Positions 41,201 through 50,949 of a stretch of 60,433 nt of DNA are shown piece after piece (position 1 is the first letter of the stretch; each line of letters begins with the position of its first letter). Source of the DNA: an uncultured Alphaproteobacteria bacterium (GTDB taxonomy: Bacteria > Pseudomonadota > Alphaproteobacteria > RF32 > CAG-239); assembly GCA_944393205.1 (NCBI GenBank), contig CALXZI010000005.1, forward strand, positions 1 to 60,433. The letters run 5' to 3'. Made by a program: the position numbers and the translations under genes. The notes below the pieces were generated by a model, which saw only the letters and a program-made list of their open reading frames with translations, made no database searches and had not been told where the DNA came from.

Positions 41201-41285
41201 AGATATGCGTATATCCTAGTTCTTGGAACAACTCAATAATCGAGTTTTCATACGCTTCTTCATTTACCGGATTTGTGTATGTCAT
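38238..41285 (-). CDS. hsdR: Type I restriction endonuclease subunit R
   Basis: RPDVLLFINGLPLVLMELK, HTQGSGKS, DEAHR, FTGTP, MWLTGFD, QAIARVNR. Confidence 0.95.
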   Translation of the reverse strand: MTYTNPVNEEAYENSIIELFQELGYTHIYGPDVEDRDFTSPLYELVLTNALHQINPKLPEEAINEALFKLKNFENAELTQKNALFMDYLQNGITVHYTEKGEPRDTLVYLIDYEKPDNNSFIVANQWTFVENSEKRPDVLLFINGLPLVLMELKSPSREETDASEAYRQIQNYKHEIPSMFIYNAICVMSDLAVSKAGTITSDETRFMEWKTVDGSYENTKYAQFDTFFNGIFEKSRLLDILKNFICFSNENKGAAKILAGYHQYFAVKKAIESTKHATQTDGKGGVFWHTQGSGKSLSMVFYAHLLQSALNSPTIVVITDRNDLDDQLYTQFSKCKDFLRQEPVQATSRAHLKQLLDGIKANGIFFTTMQKFEESAEPLSERRNIIVMADEAHRGQYGLSEKIDKDGNIKVGTARIIRNSLPNATYIGFTGTPLSLDDRNTREVFGDYIDIYDMTQAVEDGATRPVYYESRVIKLHLKPEILQLIDAEYDLMAQNADPEVIEKSKKQLGQMETILSDDDTINSLVCDILDHYENYRENLLTGKAMIVAYSRPIALKIYHRILELRPAWKDKVAVVMTSDNKDPEDWRAIIGNKSHKEELARKFKDNSDPLKIAIVVDMWLTGFDVPSLSTMYVYKPMEGHNLMQAIARVNRVFEDKEGGLVVDYIGIASALKKAMNDYTIRDRKNYGNMDIATTAYNKFKEKLQVCRDLLHGFDYSEFATGTNLVRAKLISGAANFIIDREKNKEKDAFIKQALMLHQALSLCSSIVEEGLRIEAAFIEAVRIMILRFTESGGHKKISLPEMNKRINELLEQSIKSDGVINLFSDIKEEFSLFDPKFLEEISKMKEKNLAVELLKKLIAEQISIYRHTNVVRSEKFSEMIQEAMNRYLNVMLTNEQVIEELLNLAKQIAAAQKEGEDLGLNAEEAAFYDALTRPQAVKDFYENDELIAITKELTETLRKNKTIDWQKRETARAKMRIMIKKLLKKHKYPPEGMEDAVQTVMTQCELWTDNVMDV

Positions 41286-41288
41286 GAG

Positions 41289-42982
41289 TTAGGCTCCTTT
41301 AAACAATATTTGTATCATTTGTTTTATCACAAAATTATCTAATTTTGATTTAAGAGGTGTTTCAAAATCACGATTATCTCTCCAATGTAAATGATCGTTG
41401 TATATCAGCCCTAACAACGCCCACACTTCCGAGTAATCAATTCCTCTTTCAGCTATAAATTCGAGCTTGTTTTTTGTTCTATGTGTTTTCAAAAATTGAG
41501 CTTTATCTTCTTCAGATTCCAATTTATGATATGCTAATTCTTCAATTTTTATGCGAACAGCCAAACAAACACTTAAACAATTATAAGGCTGATCATTTAA
41601 ATATTTAAAACCTCTCTATATAATTGTTCATACCATTCTAAATTATTGTGTCCTTCAACAATTTGAGTTTCGTTATGAAAATGAAACAAAAATTTACTGA
41701 TATTATCGGATGAATCTCTCTTTTTCATCAACTCAATAACTTCACCAGTGCAAGATCCAGTTTTTTGCAAATACCGAATTTGTAATTTATGTTTTTGAAA
41801 ACAAAAGTGATGAAAATACTCTGGATCAAGGTGAGTAAGAAGGATACAATATAAATTTTTTCCAGACTTTTTATATTCTTCAATAAATTTTGTTATATAG
41901 TATTGGAATGCAATCAAATTTGCATCATCTAAGTAATCAAATATTTCATCAATAATCAATAGGTTATTTTCTTTTTTTAATTCCCTTCTAGCACAATATA
42001 ATTTTGAAATGAATGTTAAAATATCCCTCTGTCCATTGGATATTCTTTTAGCAGAAGGAAAAGATATCGTTAATTTCCTAGGGCTTCGACCTTGTTCGGT
42101 AATTTTTAAATCTGAGCTATGCGTCGTATCAAAGTTACTAATTAAGTCTTCAACATATTCTTTGTTAACTTTGTATGCACACCATGTGGCATACGCACCA
42201 TATTCATTAGAAAGCATAAAATCAACAAGCTGAATACTTTCTAAATACAGTATTCCATTATTTTCTTTATTTTTGCTGAATTTTTCAATTATTCCTTTTA
42301 AACTATGCAAACATTCTATATTATCAAAATCAGAAATTAAATGTTCGTTAATTTGTGATAAAATAGTCTCTGCAGTTCCAACGTAAGTATTTATTTTATT
42401 TTTTATATTTATTAGCGGATTTTTATAAGAGCGCACCTTCTTAAATTCGTCAATATTTATTTTCTTTAATTCATCTATAAGTTTTGTATTTTCAATCAGA
42501 TATAAAATACTTGTTAATATTTTGCCATTTTTCCCAAAATCTGTCTTATTAGTAGATATTGAATAAACAATACTTGGTTTATTTGGTATTCTACTCTCTA
42601 ATTCAATATCTTGAATGGCAAGTAAAGCTTTATGTCCTATAAAGCTTCCCCTATATTGTCCCTGACTTTTTGCATATAAAGAACTATTTATAACAAAACA
42701 TGAAAAATTACGGCTGAAAGTATTTTGAGTAGAATTTATATTGTATGTTGCTTCATCTATCACAATTTCTATTGATGCATCAGAGGCATTGTGACCTTCA
42801 CATATATTATCATCATCTAAAGTAATTCTGCTATTATTAAAAGAATTAAAAGCCACAGCAAAAGAACTCTTTCCAAATCCGTTAGGTGCAACTAATATTG
42901 AAGGTTTATTCGGATATAAATCTAAATTAAATTTTTTATCTTTAATGCCTTTAATCGCTTTTATTCTTATACTATTAAGCAT
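41289..42982 (-). pseudogene. PrrC-like ABC ATPase with HEPN-like C-terminus, split by a -1 frameshift near 41609
   Basis: APNGFGKSS, ISNGQRD, LLIIDEIFDYLD, LLTH; the -1 frame continues FKYLNDQPYNCLSVCLAVRIKIEE...IYNDHLH; located between hsdS and hsdR. Confidence 0.65.
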
Positions 42983-42984
42983 GA

Positions 42985-44202
42985 TTAGTCCTCGGTAAAT
43001 GATAATTTATCGGTGGAAGTGAGAGCCGAAATATCCACGTTTGAAACATCAATTTCGCCACTCATGAGTTTTGGCAACAACGCATCCCGAAGAGAGGCAA
43101 GCCTTTCACTTTCGAAGCAATTCTTTGCTATCAATTCAAAAATTGGAGCAACAATATTTTTATAATCTTTAATCAGCGTTGATTTAGGTAAAGAAAGTGT
43201 CAATTGCTCAACATTTTGCTTATTTATATGTTGCTGTGCACCACCTGTTTGATGAGATAATAGTTCTTTTATATTGTAGCAAATATAAGGATAAATGAAT
43301 TCATATGGCAAAGTTTCATTTTCTAAAACGCCAACAACAGATTGATTTGTGCAAGAATCTATTTCAAGTAAACTAATTTGACCAAGTGTAGCACCGGTAA
43401 TAGCAAGGACAGTTGTTTTTCTAGGAAGTAGCTTTGTAGCTGAATGTTTTAAGCCAATTTCTGTTATATATTCGCTAGCTTTGGTAATTCTGAAATTATT
43501 AACTTCTCCGGAGTTGATCCAAGCAATATTTCCACCCCAATATTCTGATTTTATTCTACTTGGAGTTCCTCCTAATTCACACTTACAAACAACACCAAGG
43601 GTTGTTTCTCTTTCTACTTCGTATTCTTTATCCACAAACCACGACTTAAACAGAGCCTGAGCCTGTTGTTCTAAATTATTATTTATCTTATTATTCAGCT
43701 CAATTTTATCATCCAACGCACCCAACACCCCCGCAATCTTCTTCTGAATGTCTTTATTTTTAGGAATGCAAACATCAATTTTTGAAAATTGTGATTTATT
43801 GAGAATAGATAGTGTTGTCGATTGCCCCTCATAATTTTTGAAATATGGCCATAGAGATTTCATTAAGTAGTATACAAAATTCGCATCATTTTCATCATTT
43901 GCTATAATAGAATTAATCTGCTGATTGCTAATGCTTTGTTTTGTTGTCATTGAAACATAGCCAATATTGCCAATACAGGAAACACAAATAGCATTTTTAG
44001 GCAAAATAGAACCTTTAACAGACAACATCCCCTCATTAGATAAATATCTCTCTGTTTCAAAAATGTGTTTTGATGATTGAATATCTTTTGGAGTTATAAA
44101 GGGAATGTCGCCACACCAATAAGCATCAACTTTGGTTGAAGGTGTCTTTCCAGTAACAACTTCTCCTAAATCCCCCAATTTAATTTCCCGCCATTTAGTC
44201 AT
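42985..44202 (-). CDS. hsdS: Type I R-M specificity subunit (expressed copy, two TRDs)
   Basis: TGKTPS TRD1, central LDDKIELNNKINNNLEQQAQALF, GGTPS TRD2, LRDALLPKLMSGEI. Confidence 0.93.
   Translation of the reverse strand: MTKWREIKLGDLGEVVTGKTPSTKVDAYWCGDIPFITPKDIQSSKHIFETERYLSNEGMLSVKGSILPKNAICVSCIGNIGYVSMTTKQSISNQQINSIIANDENDANFVYYLMKSLWPYFKNYEGQSTTLSILNKSQFSKIDVCIPKNKDIQKKIAGVLGALDDKIELNNKINNNLEQQAQALFKSWFVDKEYEVERETTLGVVCKCELGGTPSRIKSEYWGGNIAWINSGEVNNFRITKASEYITEIGLKHSATKLLPRKTTVLAITGATLGQISLLEIDSCTNQSVVGVLENETLPYEFIYPYICYNIKELLSHQTGGAQQHINKQNVEQLTLSLPKSTLIKDYKNIVAPIFELIAKNCFESERLASLRDALLPKLMSGEIDVSNVDISALTSTDKLSFTED
42996..43092. repeat. Inverted repeat IR2 (hsdS 3' end), partner at 50734-50830
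   Basis: 97 bp with 4 mismatches by manual comparison. Confidence 0.9.
43646..43687. repeat. Inverted repeat IR1 (hsdS central conserved region), partner at 50133-50174
   Basis: 42 bp with 1 mismatch (GATAAATAATAATTTAGAACAACAGGCTCAGGCTYTGTTTAA). Confidence 0.9.
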
Positions 44203-45841
44203 TGGACGGTTCCTCTATATTTAATTTTTCATCTATTTTTTTCTTAGACAACTCCGACTTAAAGAAATTATGATGAGTATAGCTTTCATTCTTATTTTTC
44301 TGGTCGTTAGTTAAATCTGTTAAAAAAGAAAGAGCTTCATCATATGCTTTTTTGGCAACATCACCAGAATAATTTGATTTTAATTCAGGATATTTCTTTG
44401 TCATTATGTATAACATTGCATATATTGAATGTAACAAATGCTCTTCATTGTGCTTTTTATTTTCTGCAATTATATATTTATATAAATAATATGAGCAGAG
44501 TAGATTATCCGCATTATCAACATCATCATATACTTCATCATAATATAGTTCCGTAATTTTACTGCGGCTTATTTTAGCTCTATTTGGAATTTCTTTATAT
44601 ATGGAGCAATACGTTTGAAGCAAGGTTTCAGAATTAATACTTTCTGGAGTAATTTTTTCTTCTGTGTCTCTATAAATTATTAAAGTAATTCCTTTTGTCG
44701 CAAAATAGCCTTTAATTTTTTTAAGATTTTCATTACCACTCTTAAGATCAAACAAAGTAATTTTATTCTGATTATTTGTTCCATAAATTATTGCACTAGT
44801 TTTATCTTCGTCAGTTGTTTGATAAACTCTAACCATAACATATGCCTCATAAAATGGTTGTTTATCTTCTTCTGGTAGGCCCTTAAAGAGATTATATAAA
44901 GTTTTTGTTGTCTGTCCCCCATTAATTATGTACGGATCCTCTAATATTAATTTTTCTTCTCCCATTACTTTTATGGGTTCAACATTTTTACAAACAATCG
45001 ATATACCATTATTTTTATACCAAAACATTTTAGGATCATTTATTAAACTATAAGAAATGTTTTTATTAATTTCGCTTTTTAACAAGCGTCTTACATTGCG
45101 ATCCAATAATATTTCTCCACATTCATCAAATAGTTTAGCTAGTTCATAAGCTTTTATGTTTGCAATATACGCATTAATTCCAAAATTGATAGGTAATGTA
45201 TTACCGTATACTGATATTTCTTTTTTACCAACTTTTCTTCTATCATTTACAAAAAAATCATATTCATTAAATATCTTATAAGAATTAATGATATTATGTT
45301 GGGATTGAAAATTCTTTAATTTGTTTTTTTCTTGTTCATTTATATCTGCACCATTTGTGACAAAATATAGATTTATATGAACGTCTGAATATGAATAATT
45401 TCTAATAATATCTTGAAACTCAGTATATTTGTTTTTTAAGTACAAATTCATTGATAGATTTTCTGTATTGGCTTCAATAAAAATTTGTCTTACATGATTT
45501 AAAAATTTATCAACTTCATTTGCACCGATGGTTTTATCTAAATTTTGTTCATTTTTAAATTTTGCTTGAAAAAGATTCAAATTAATTTCACCTTCTTGTT
45601 CGGTATCAATTTGGCAAATATCAATATCACAATCATCTCCACCATCTGTTATCATATCAATAATATCATTAACATCATTATTTGATAAAAATCTTTGTAA
45701 AGAATAGACTACAAAAGAAAACGTTAAAGCCTTTTCACTTTCTGGGTTTATATTGCGCTCTTCAAATACATTTAAATCTATCAATTGTTGCTTCAATGAA
45801 GTTAACTTATTTAATAAAATATTATTTTCCAAACTTTTCAT
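44195..45841 (-). CDS. AIPR family protein
   Basis: DGGDDCDID, RNVR, NNGISIVC, IINGGQTT, NNQNKI. Confidence 0.85.
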   Translation of the reverse strand: MKSLENNILLNKLTSLKQQLIDLNVFEERNINPESEKALTFSFVVYSLQRFLSNNDVNDIIDMITDGGDDCDIDICQIDTEQEGEINLNLFQAKFKNEQNLDKTIGANEVDKFLNHVRQIFIEANTENLSMNLYLKNKYTEFQDIIRNYSYSDVHINLYFVTNGADINEQEKNKLKNFQSQHNIINSYKIFNEYDFFVNDRRKVGKKEISVYGNTLPINFGINAYIANIKAYELAKLFDECGEILLDRNVRRLLKSEINKNISYSLINDPKMFWYKNNGISIVCKNVEPIKVMGEEKLILEDPYIINGGQTTKTLYNLFKGLPEEDKQPFYEAYVMVRVYQTTDEDKTSAIIYGTNNQNKITLFDLKSGNENLKKIKGYFATKGITLIIYRDTEEKITPESINSETLLQTYCSIYKEIPNRAKISRSKITELYYDEVYDDVDNADNLLCSYYLYKYIIAENKKHNEEHLLHSIYAMLYIMTKKYPELKSNYSGDVAKKAYDEALSFLTDLTNDQKNKNESYTHHNFFKSELSKKKIDEKLNIEEPSND

Positions 45842-45863
45842 AGTCCAAGTCTCCTAGTCCTTT

Positions 45864-46238
45864 TTACTCATATACCACCTTTTGAGCCAGCAAAATAAGC
45901 TGTTTTAATAGGCTTTTTAATTTATTTCTGTATTCAACCGACTGGTGGTGCATCGAATAATTCAACATTACATCAGCCGCAGAGTGAGGTATTGACATAC
46001 CTGTATAATTAATCGGATTTGGCTGATTAAAATAATTATGAGGCATAAAGGGATTTGAAAAATAAGACATATATCCACCATTATAAGCCTCATCTACCAT
46101 TTTTATTGTGGAATCTGCGTATTTTTCAAAGGCCTCATACAAATCCTTATCCAAATTTTCATTTGCCAACAAGTCAATTCCTTTGCCGAGGACTTCAAGT
46201 AATTCTTTTAATGCTTTTTGTTTGCTACTATCAAACAT
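45864..46238 (-). CDS. Hypothetical protein
   Basis: 124-aa ORF with GGAGG RBS, coupled to the upstream gene. Confidence 0.65.
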   Translation of the reverse strand: MFDSSKQKALKELLEVLGKGIDLLANENLDKDLYEAFEKYADSTIKMVDEAYNGGYMSYFSNPFMPHNYFNQPNPINYTGMSIPHSAADVMLNYSMHHQSVEYRNKLKSLLKQLILLAQKVVYE

Positions 46239-46501
46239 TACTTATCCTCCTTTTCTTCTTTTGGTTCTTCTTGTTTAGCTTTCTCTTCCGCTTTTTTTGC
46301 GACCAATTCATCGAAATTGGTCTTATTTTCTTTTTGCTCTTCAACAGTTTCCGGATTTAACTCAGCACCACCTGGCAGTTTTGTCATACGGGAGAGCATA
46401 CTACGAATATCTTTCCTAAAAACAAATATACATACCGCAACCAAAACCGGCCAAGCTAAGTGCTCACATAACCCTAAAATAAAACTTTGCCAAGGGTACA
46501 T
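46238..46501 (-). CDS. Small membrane protein
   Basis: N-terminal TM LAWPVLVAVCIFVFRKDI; operonic spacing. Confidence 0.65.
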   Translation of the reverse strand: MYPWQSFILGLCEHLAWPVLVAVCIFVFRKDIRSMLSRMTKLPGGAELNPETVEEQKENKTNFDELVAKKAEEKAKQEEPKEEKEDK

Positions 46502-46502
46502 C

Positions 46503-47489
46503 TTAAATCTCCCCCTTATTCAATACGCTGATAATTACTTGTTTCATCATTTCTTTTTCTTCTGGCTTACTTTCAGCGATTAAAATAGTGAGGGCAAACA
46601 AAGCCGCATTATCAATAAGTTGAGTGTTATTTTGATATAAAATTCCGTTTTTATCCAGAAAATACAGGAAACAAGCTGCCCCAATTCGTTTGTTGCCATC
46701 CGTAAAGCTATGATTTTTAACTAGAAAATAGAGCAACATTGCTGCTTTTTCTTCTAATGAAGGATAACATTCTTGTCCTCCGAATGTCTGGTAGATTTGA
46801 TTAATTGAGCTATCAAAACTCTCATCTTTGGGGTTTGCAAACACATCAGAACCAAACTCCGGCTTCATTTTATCTATAACATTCAAAAATTCTTCTTTTT
46901 TAATAATTATCGCTGGTTTGATTGTTTTCCCTTTAGTATCAAGAGTTTTGTTATCATAATCATCTAATAAATCCAGCCCCGAAGCAAAATCTGCCATTAA
47001 GGCACTTAATTTTTTAGCATCATCTAGATTATCTGCCTGATGCTCTATGCTCCGATTTAAGAGTTTGATGGCATTTTGTAATTGAGCAACTTTGGATTTT
47101 TGCTCTTGGAACCGTTTTTCGTTAATAGCATAGCCATCAACAAGGTATTGTTTTAAAATGCCAGTTGCCCATTTGCGAAATTGAGTGGCAATTTTTGAAT
47201 TAACACGATAACCAACTGAAATTATCATATCCAAGTTATAATAATCAACTTGATAGGTTTTGCCATCTTTGGCAGTTGTTGCAAATTTTGCAACAACTGA
47301 TTCTTTATCTAATTCTTCTGATAAAAAAACATTCTTAATATGGCGAGATATTGTTGATTTATCCTTTTGAAATAAAGATGAAATTTGATCAAGAGAGAGC
47401 CAAATAGTCTGTTCTTGTAGATGAACGTCTATCTGCATTTTTCCGTCTGCTGATTGATAAATCGCAATGTTTTTCTGTTGTTCTATCAT
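46503..47489 (-). CDS. RhuM-like DNA-binding domain fused to a Fic/Doc domain
   Basis: YNLDMIISVGYRVNS..ATQFRKWA; HSFTDGNKR. Confidence 0.88.
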   Translation of the reverse strand: MIEQQKNIAIYQSADGKMQIDVHLQEQTIWLSLDQISSLFQKDKSTISRHIKNVFLSEELDKESVVAKFATTAKDGKTYQVDYYNLDMIISVGYRVNSKIATQFRKWATGILKQYLVDGYAINEKRFQEQKSKVAQLQNAIKLLNRSIEHQADNLDDAKKLSALMADFASGLDLLDDYDNKTLDTKGKTIKPAIIIKKEEFLNVIDKMKPEFGSDVFANPKDESFDSSINQIYQTFGGQECYPSLEEKAAMLLYFLVKNHSFTDGNKRIGAACFLYFLDKNGILYQNNTQLIDNAALFALTILIAESKPEEKEMMKQVIISVLNKGEI

Positions 47490-47492
47490 AAA

Positions 47493-49001
47493 CTAAATCT
47501 CCCAGCCGATGGCTTTTAGTTTTTCGCGGATTTCGTTTTGGAGAGTGTCGGACTGCTTAAACATCTCGGAAAGTTCGCTGGTCAGGCGTTTCATTTTCTC
47601 TTCAAACGGCTCGCCGTCATCTTCTTGCTCTTCAATACCGACATAACGTCCAGGAGTTAAAATATAATCCTGTGCCGCAATTTCTGCCGTTGTTGCCACC
47701 GCGCAGAAACCTTTGACATTTTCCAACTTGCCATTTTGAAATGCCGTAAAAGTATCCGCCAATTTTTTAATATCTTCGTCTGTAAAATCGCGGTGTTTGC
47801 GGTCAACCATATACCCCATTTTACGCGCATCTATAAATACAGTGCGTCCTTTTTGTTGTTTATTTTTACTGATAAACCACAATGTTACCGGAATTGTTAC
47901 GCTATAAAATAGTTGCGGCGGCAGAGCGATAATTCCCTCAACCAAATCGGCTTCGATAATATTTTTGCGGATTTCACCTTCGCCGCTGGTTTGCGTTGCA
48001 AGCGCACCGTTTGCCAACACTAAACCGATTTTTCCATTCGGTGCGAGGTGGTGTATCATATGCTGAATCCATGCATAGTTGGCATTACCTGCAGGCGGCG
48101 TACCATATTTCCAACGCACATCATCAAGGAGCTTGTCTTGTCCCCAGTTGGAAAGGTTAAAAGGTGGATTGGCCATGATAAAATCAAACTTTTCGTGCGG
48201 GTGCAGGTCATTAAAAAATGTATCGGCTTGATAAGGCCCAAAATCAGCATCAATTCCGCGAATAGCCATATTCATCTTGGCCATTTTCCAAGTATCGGCA
48301 TTAGATTCTTGTCCATAAACAGAGATTTTATCCCGATTGCCGCCATGTGCCTGCAAAAATTTAACTGACTGAACAAACATTCCGCCGGAACCACAGCAAG
48401 GGTCATAAACGCGGCAGTTATCAAACGGTTTCAATACTTCCACAATGGTTTTAACAATGCTTGACGGCGTGTAAAATTCACCGCCTTTGGTGCCTTCGTA
48501 TGCGGCAAACTGGGCGATACAGTATTCATAAGTGCGCCCGAGCAGGTCTTTATCCTCATCTGTTTCCGACATATCAATATTATTGGTAAAAAGGTCAACC
48601 ACATTACCTAAAACGCGTTTATCAAGGTCCTGATTGGCATAATTTTTCGGCAGAACATTTTTAAGGGTTTTGTTCTCGGCTTCTATCGCCCGCATAGCTT
48701 CATCTATAACCATACCGATTTCCGGTGTATGAGCGGCTTCAGCAATTTTGCTCCAACGTGCGGCTTCCGGAACATAAAATATACCTTCCATGGTATAAGC
48801 ATCTTTCTCGTCCTCAAAACCATCGCCCTCAGCAACAAGCTGATTATAACGCTTTTCAAAGGCAAATGAAATGTAGCGCAGAAAAATAAGTCCGACGATT
48901 ACCTTACGATAATCTGCCGCCGGAATATGTCCCCACAGCTCACAAGCTGCATCCCAAATTTGCTTTTCAAAACCAATATTGGCGTTATTTTTTCCTGCCA
49001 T
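47493..49001 (-). CDS. hsdM: Type I R-M methyltransferase subunit M (m6A)
   Basis: GEFYTP, YDPCCGSGGMF, ANPPF, LTPGRYVG. Confidence 0.95.
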   Translation of the reverse strand: MAGKNNANIGFEKQIWDAACELWGHIPAADYRKVIVGLIFLRYISFAFEKRYNQLVAEGDGFEDEKDAYTMEGIFYVPEAARWSKIAEAAHTPEIGMVIDEAMRAIEAENKTLKNVLPKNYANQDLDKRVLGNVVDLFTNNIDMSETDEDKDLLGRTYEYCIAQFAAYEGTKGGEFYTPSSIVKTIVEVLKPFDNCRVYDPCCGSGGMFVQSVKFLQAHGGNRDKISVYGQESNADTWKMAKMNMAIRGIDADFGPYQADTFFNDLHPHEKFDFIMANPPFNLSNWGQDKLLDDVRWKYGTPPAGNANYAWIQHMIHHLAPNGKIGLVLANGALATQTSGEGEIRKNIIEADLVEGIIALPPQLFYSVTIPVTLWFISKNKQQKGRTVFIDARKMGYMVDRKHRDFTDEDIKKLADTFTAFQNGKLENVKGFCAVATTAEIAAQDYILTPGRYVGIEEQEDDGEPFEEKMKRLTSELSEMFKQSDTLQNEIREKLKAIGWEI

Positions 49002-49147
49002 TTTAGACCTCTTATTATTGTAACCTTTACAAACTAACGCATAAACGCATTTGCTACATGATATTCGCTATGGTGTTAAGAGTCAAAATAAATATAAAGA
49101 TTTACTCTGGAATCTATCGCAACAATTCTTAAAAATGGAGACTTAAA

Positions 49148-50137
49148 ATGAAAGAAGCAGTTATAAATGAAATAATTTTGGAAATGCAATCAAAAGTAGA
49201 TAATTTTCAATTGATTGAATTAAAAAGCGCATTAGAACGGATATTTTATAAATACGAAATCAAGGAAAAGATTGATTTTGAAGATACAGAAATATCAAAT
49301 GCATCATATATTGAACTATTTCTATCGGCAAAAAAAATTGAGGGATGCTCTCTAAAATCAATAAAATATTACAATGCTACAATTACTAACATGCTGAAAA
49401 TCGTAAATAAAAATATCAAACAAATTGTAACCGATGATTTACGTACTTATTTAACAGACTATCAAATAAATAATAATTCAAGCCGAGTTACCATCGACAA
49501 TATACGGCGCATATTATCTAGCTTTTTTGCATGGCTTGAAGATGAGAATTACATTATTAAAAGTCCGGTACGTCGGATACATAAGGTTAAAACCGGTACC
49601 AATATCAAAGAAACATATTCAGATGAAATGTTGGAGCTAATGCGTGATGAATGCGGAAATCTACGTGATTTAGCAATGATAGATATGTTAGCCTCTACCG
49701 GAATGCGCGTTGGAGAAATGGTGTTACTTAATCGCGAGGACATAAATTTTACGGAACGAGAATGTGTGGTATTTGGAAAAGGTGATAAAGAGAGGATCGT
49801 TTATTTTGATGCTAGAACAAAAATTCATTTACAGAATTATTTGGAAAGCCGGACAGATAGTAATACCGCGCTGTTTGTATCCTTAAAATCGCCATATAAC
49901 CGTTTAGAAATTAGCGGAATTGAGGTTAGGCTTCGTGAGCTTGGATTGCGTTTGAATATTCCAAAGGTGCATCCGCATAAATTCCGCCGGACACTTGCAA
50001 CAATGGCCATTGATAAAGGAATGCCAATAGAACAGCTTCAAAAATTGCTCGGTCACTCAAGAATTGACACAACTTTGCAATACGCAATGGTTAAACAGAG
50101 TAATGTTAAGCTCGCCCACCGCAAGTTCATTGGATAA
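49148..50137 (+). CDS. Tyrosine recombinase (hsdS invertase candidate)
   Basis: STGMRVGE, GKGDKER, HPHKFRRT, LLGH..IDTT..Y; stop codon lies inside IR1. Confidence 0.92.
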   Translation: MKEAVINEIILEMQSKVDNFQLIELKSALERIFYKYEIKEKIDFEDTEISNASYIELFLSAKKIEGCSLKSIKYYNATITNMLKIVNKNIKQIVTDDLRTYLTDYQINNNSSRVTIDNIRRILSSFFAWLEDENYIIKSPVRRIHKVKTGTNIKETYSDEMLELMRDECGNLRDLAMIDMLASTGMRVGEMVLLNREDINFTERECVVFGKGDKERIVYFDARTKIHLQNYLESRTDSNTALFVSLKSPYNRLEISGIEVRLRELGLRLNIPKVHPHKFRRTLATMAIDKGMPIEQLQKLLGHSRIDTTLQYAMVKQSNVKLAHRKFIG

Positions 50138-50830
50138 ATAATAATTTAGAACAACAGGCTCAGGCTTTGTTTAACGAGGAAATAGTAAATAATTTAAAGC
50201 AAGGGTGCATAGGAGATTATTGTAGTATTAAATCAGGATTTGCTTTTAAGAGCTCTTGGTGGCAAAATACAGGTGTTCGTGTCATAAAAATAAAAAACAT
50301 TGAACCTTCAGGATTAAATCTACAAGAATGTTCCTTTGTTTCAGAAGATAAAGTTTCAATAGCCAAAGAGTTTATTGTCAAAGGTGGAGATTTATTGATT
50401 GCTATGACAGGAGCAACTATTGGTAAATTTGCAATAGTTCCTCATGTAGATGAAATATTATTGGTAAATCAGCGTGTTGGCAAATTCTTTTTAGGGGATA
50501 ATCCGCTAGAAAAACTACCATTTATTTATTGCACTTTAAAACAGCCGGAAGTTGTTTCAGAAATAATAAATCGCGGACAAGGCAGTGCTCAACCAAATAT
50601 CAGTGGAAACGATATCATGTCCATAACTTGCAATTATCCTGACGAAAATATTATCGCAGGTTTTAACAATATTTGCCGTCCGTATTTTGAAAAAATAATT
50701 ACAAACCAATACGAAAACACCAGACTTGCGGCGCTTCGGGATGCGTTGTTACCGAAACTCATGAGTGGCGAAATTGATGTTTCAAACGTGGATATTTCTA
50801 CTCTCACTTCCACCGATAAATTATCATTTA
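50133..50830 (+). pseudogene. hsdS: Silent hsdS half-gene (alternative TRD2 cassette), inverted relative to hsdS
   Basis: No RBS or true start; begins with IR1, encodes a different TRD (SGFAFKS...GSAQPNIS) and ends with IR2. Confidence 0.88.
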
Positions 50831-50887
50831 GATGTCGATCACCACCCAAGAATATATCATATCGTTTCTCCTGTTATTTTCCTCTTA

Positions 50888-50949
50888 ATTCGGTCATTTG
50901 TGACATTTTCATTCGGTCATTTGTGACATTTTCATTCGGTCATTTGTGG
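50888..50949. repeat. 23-bp tandem repeat (ATTCGGTCATTTGTGACATTTTC, ~2.7 copies)
   Basis: Directly visible; a related single copy lies at ~51470-51491. Confidence 0.85.
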
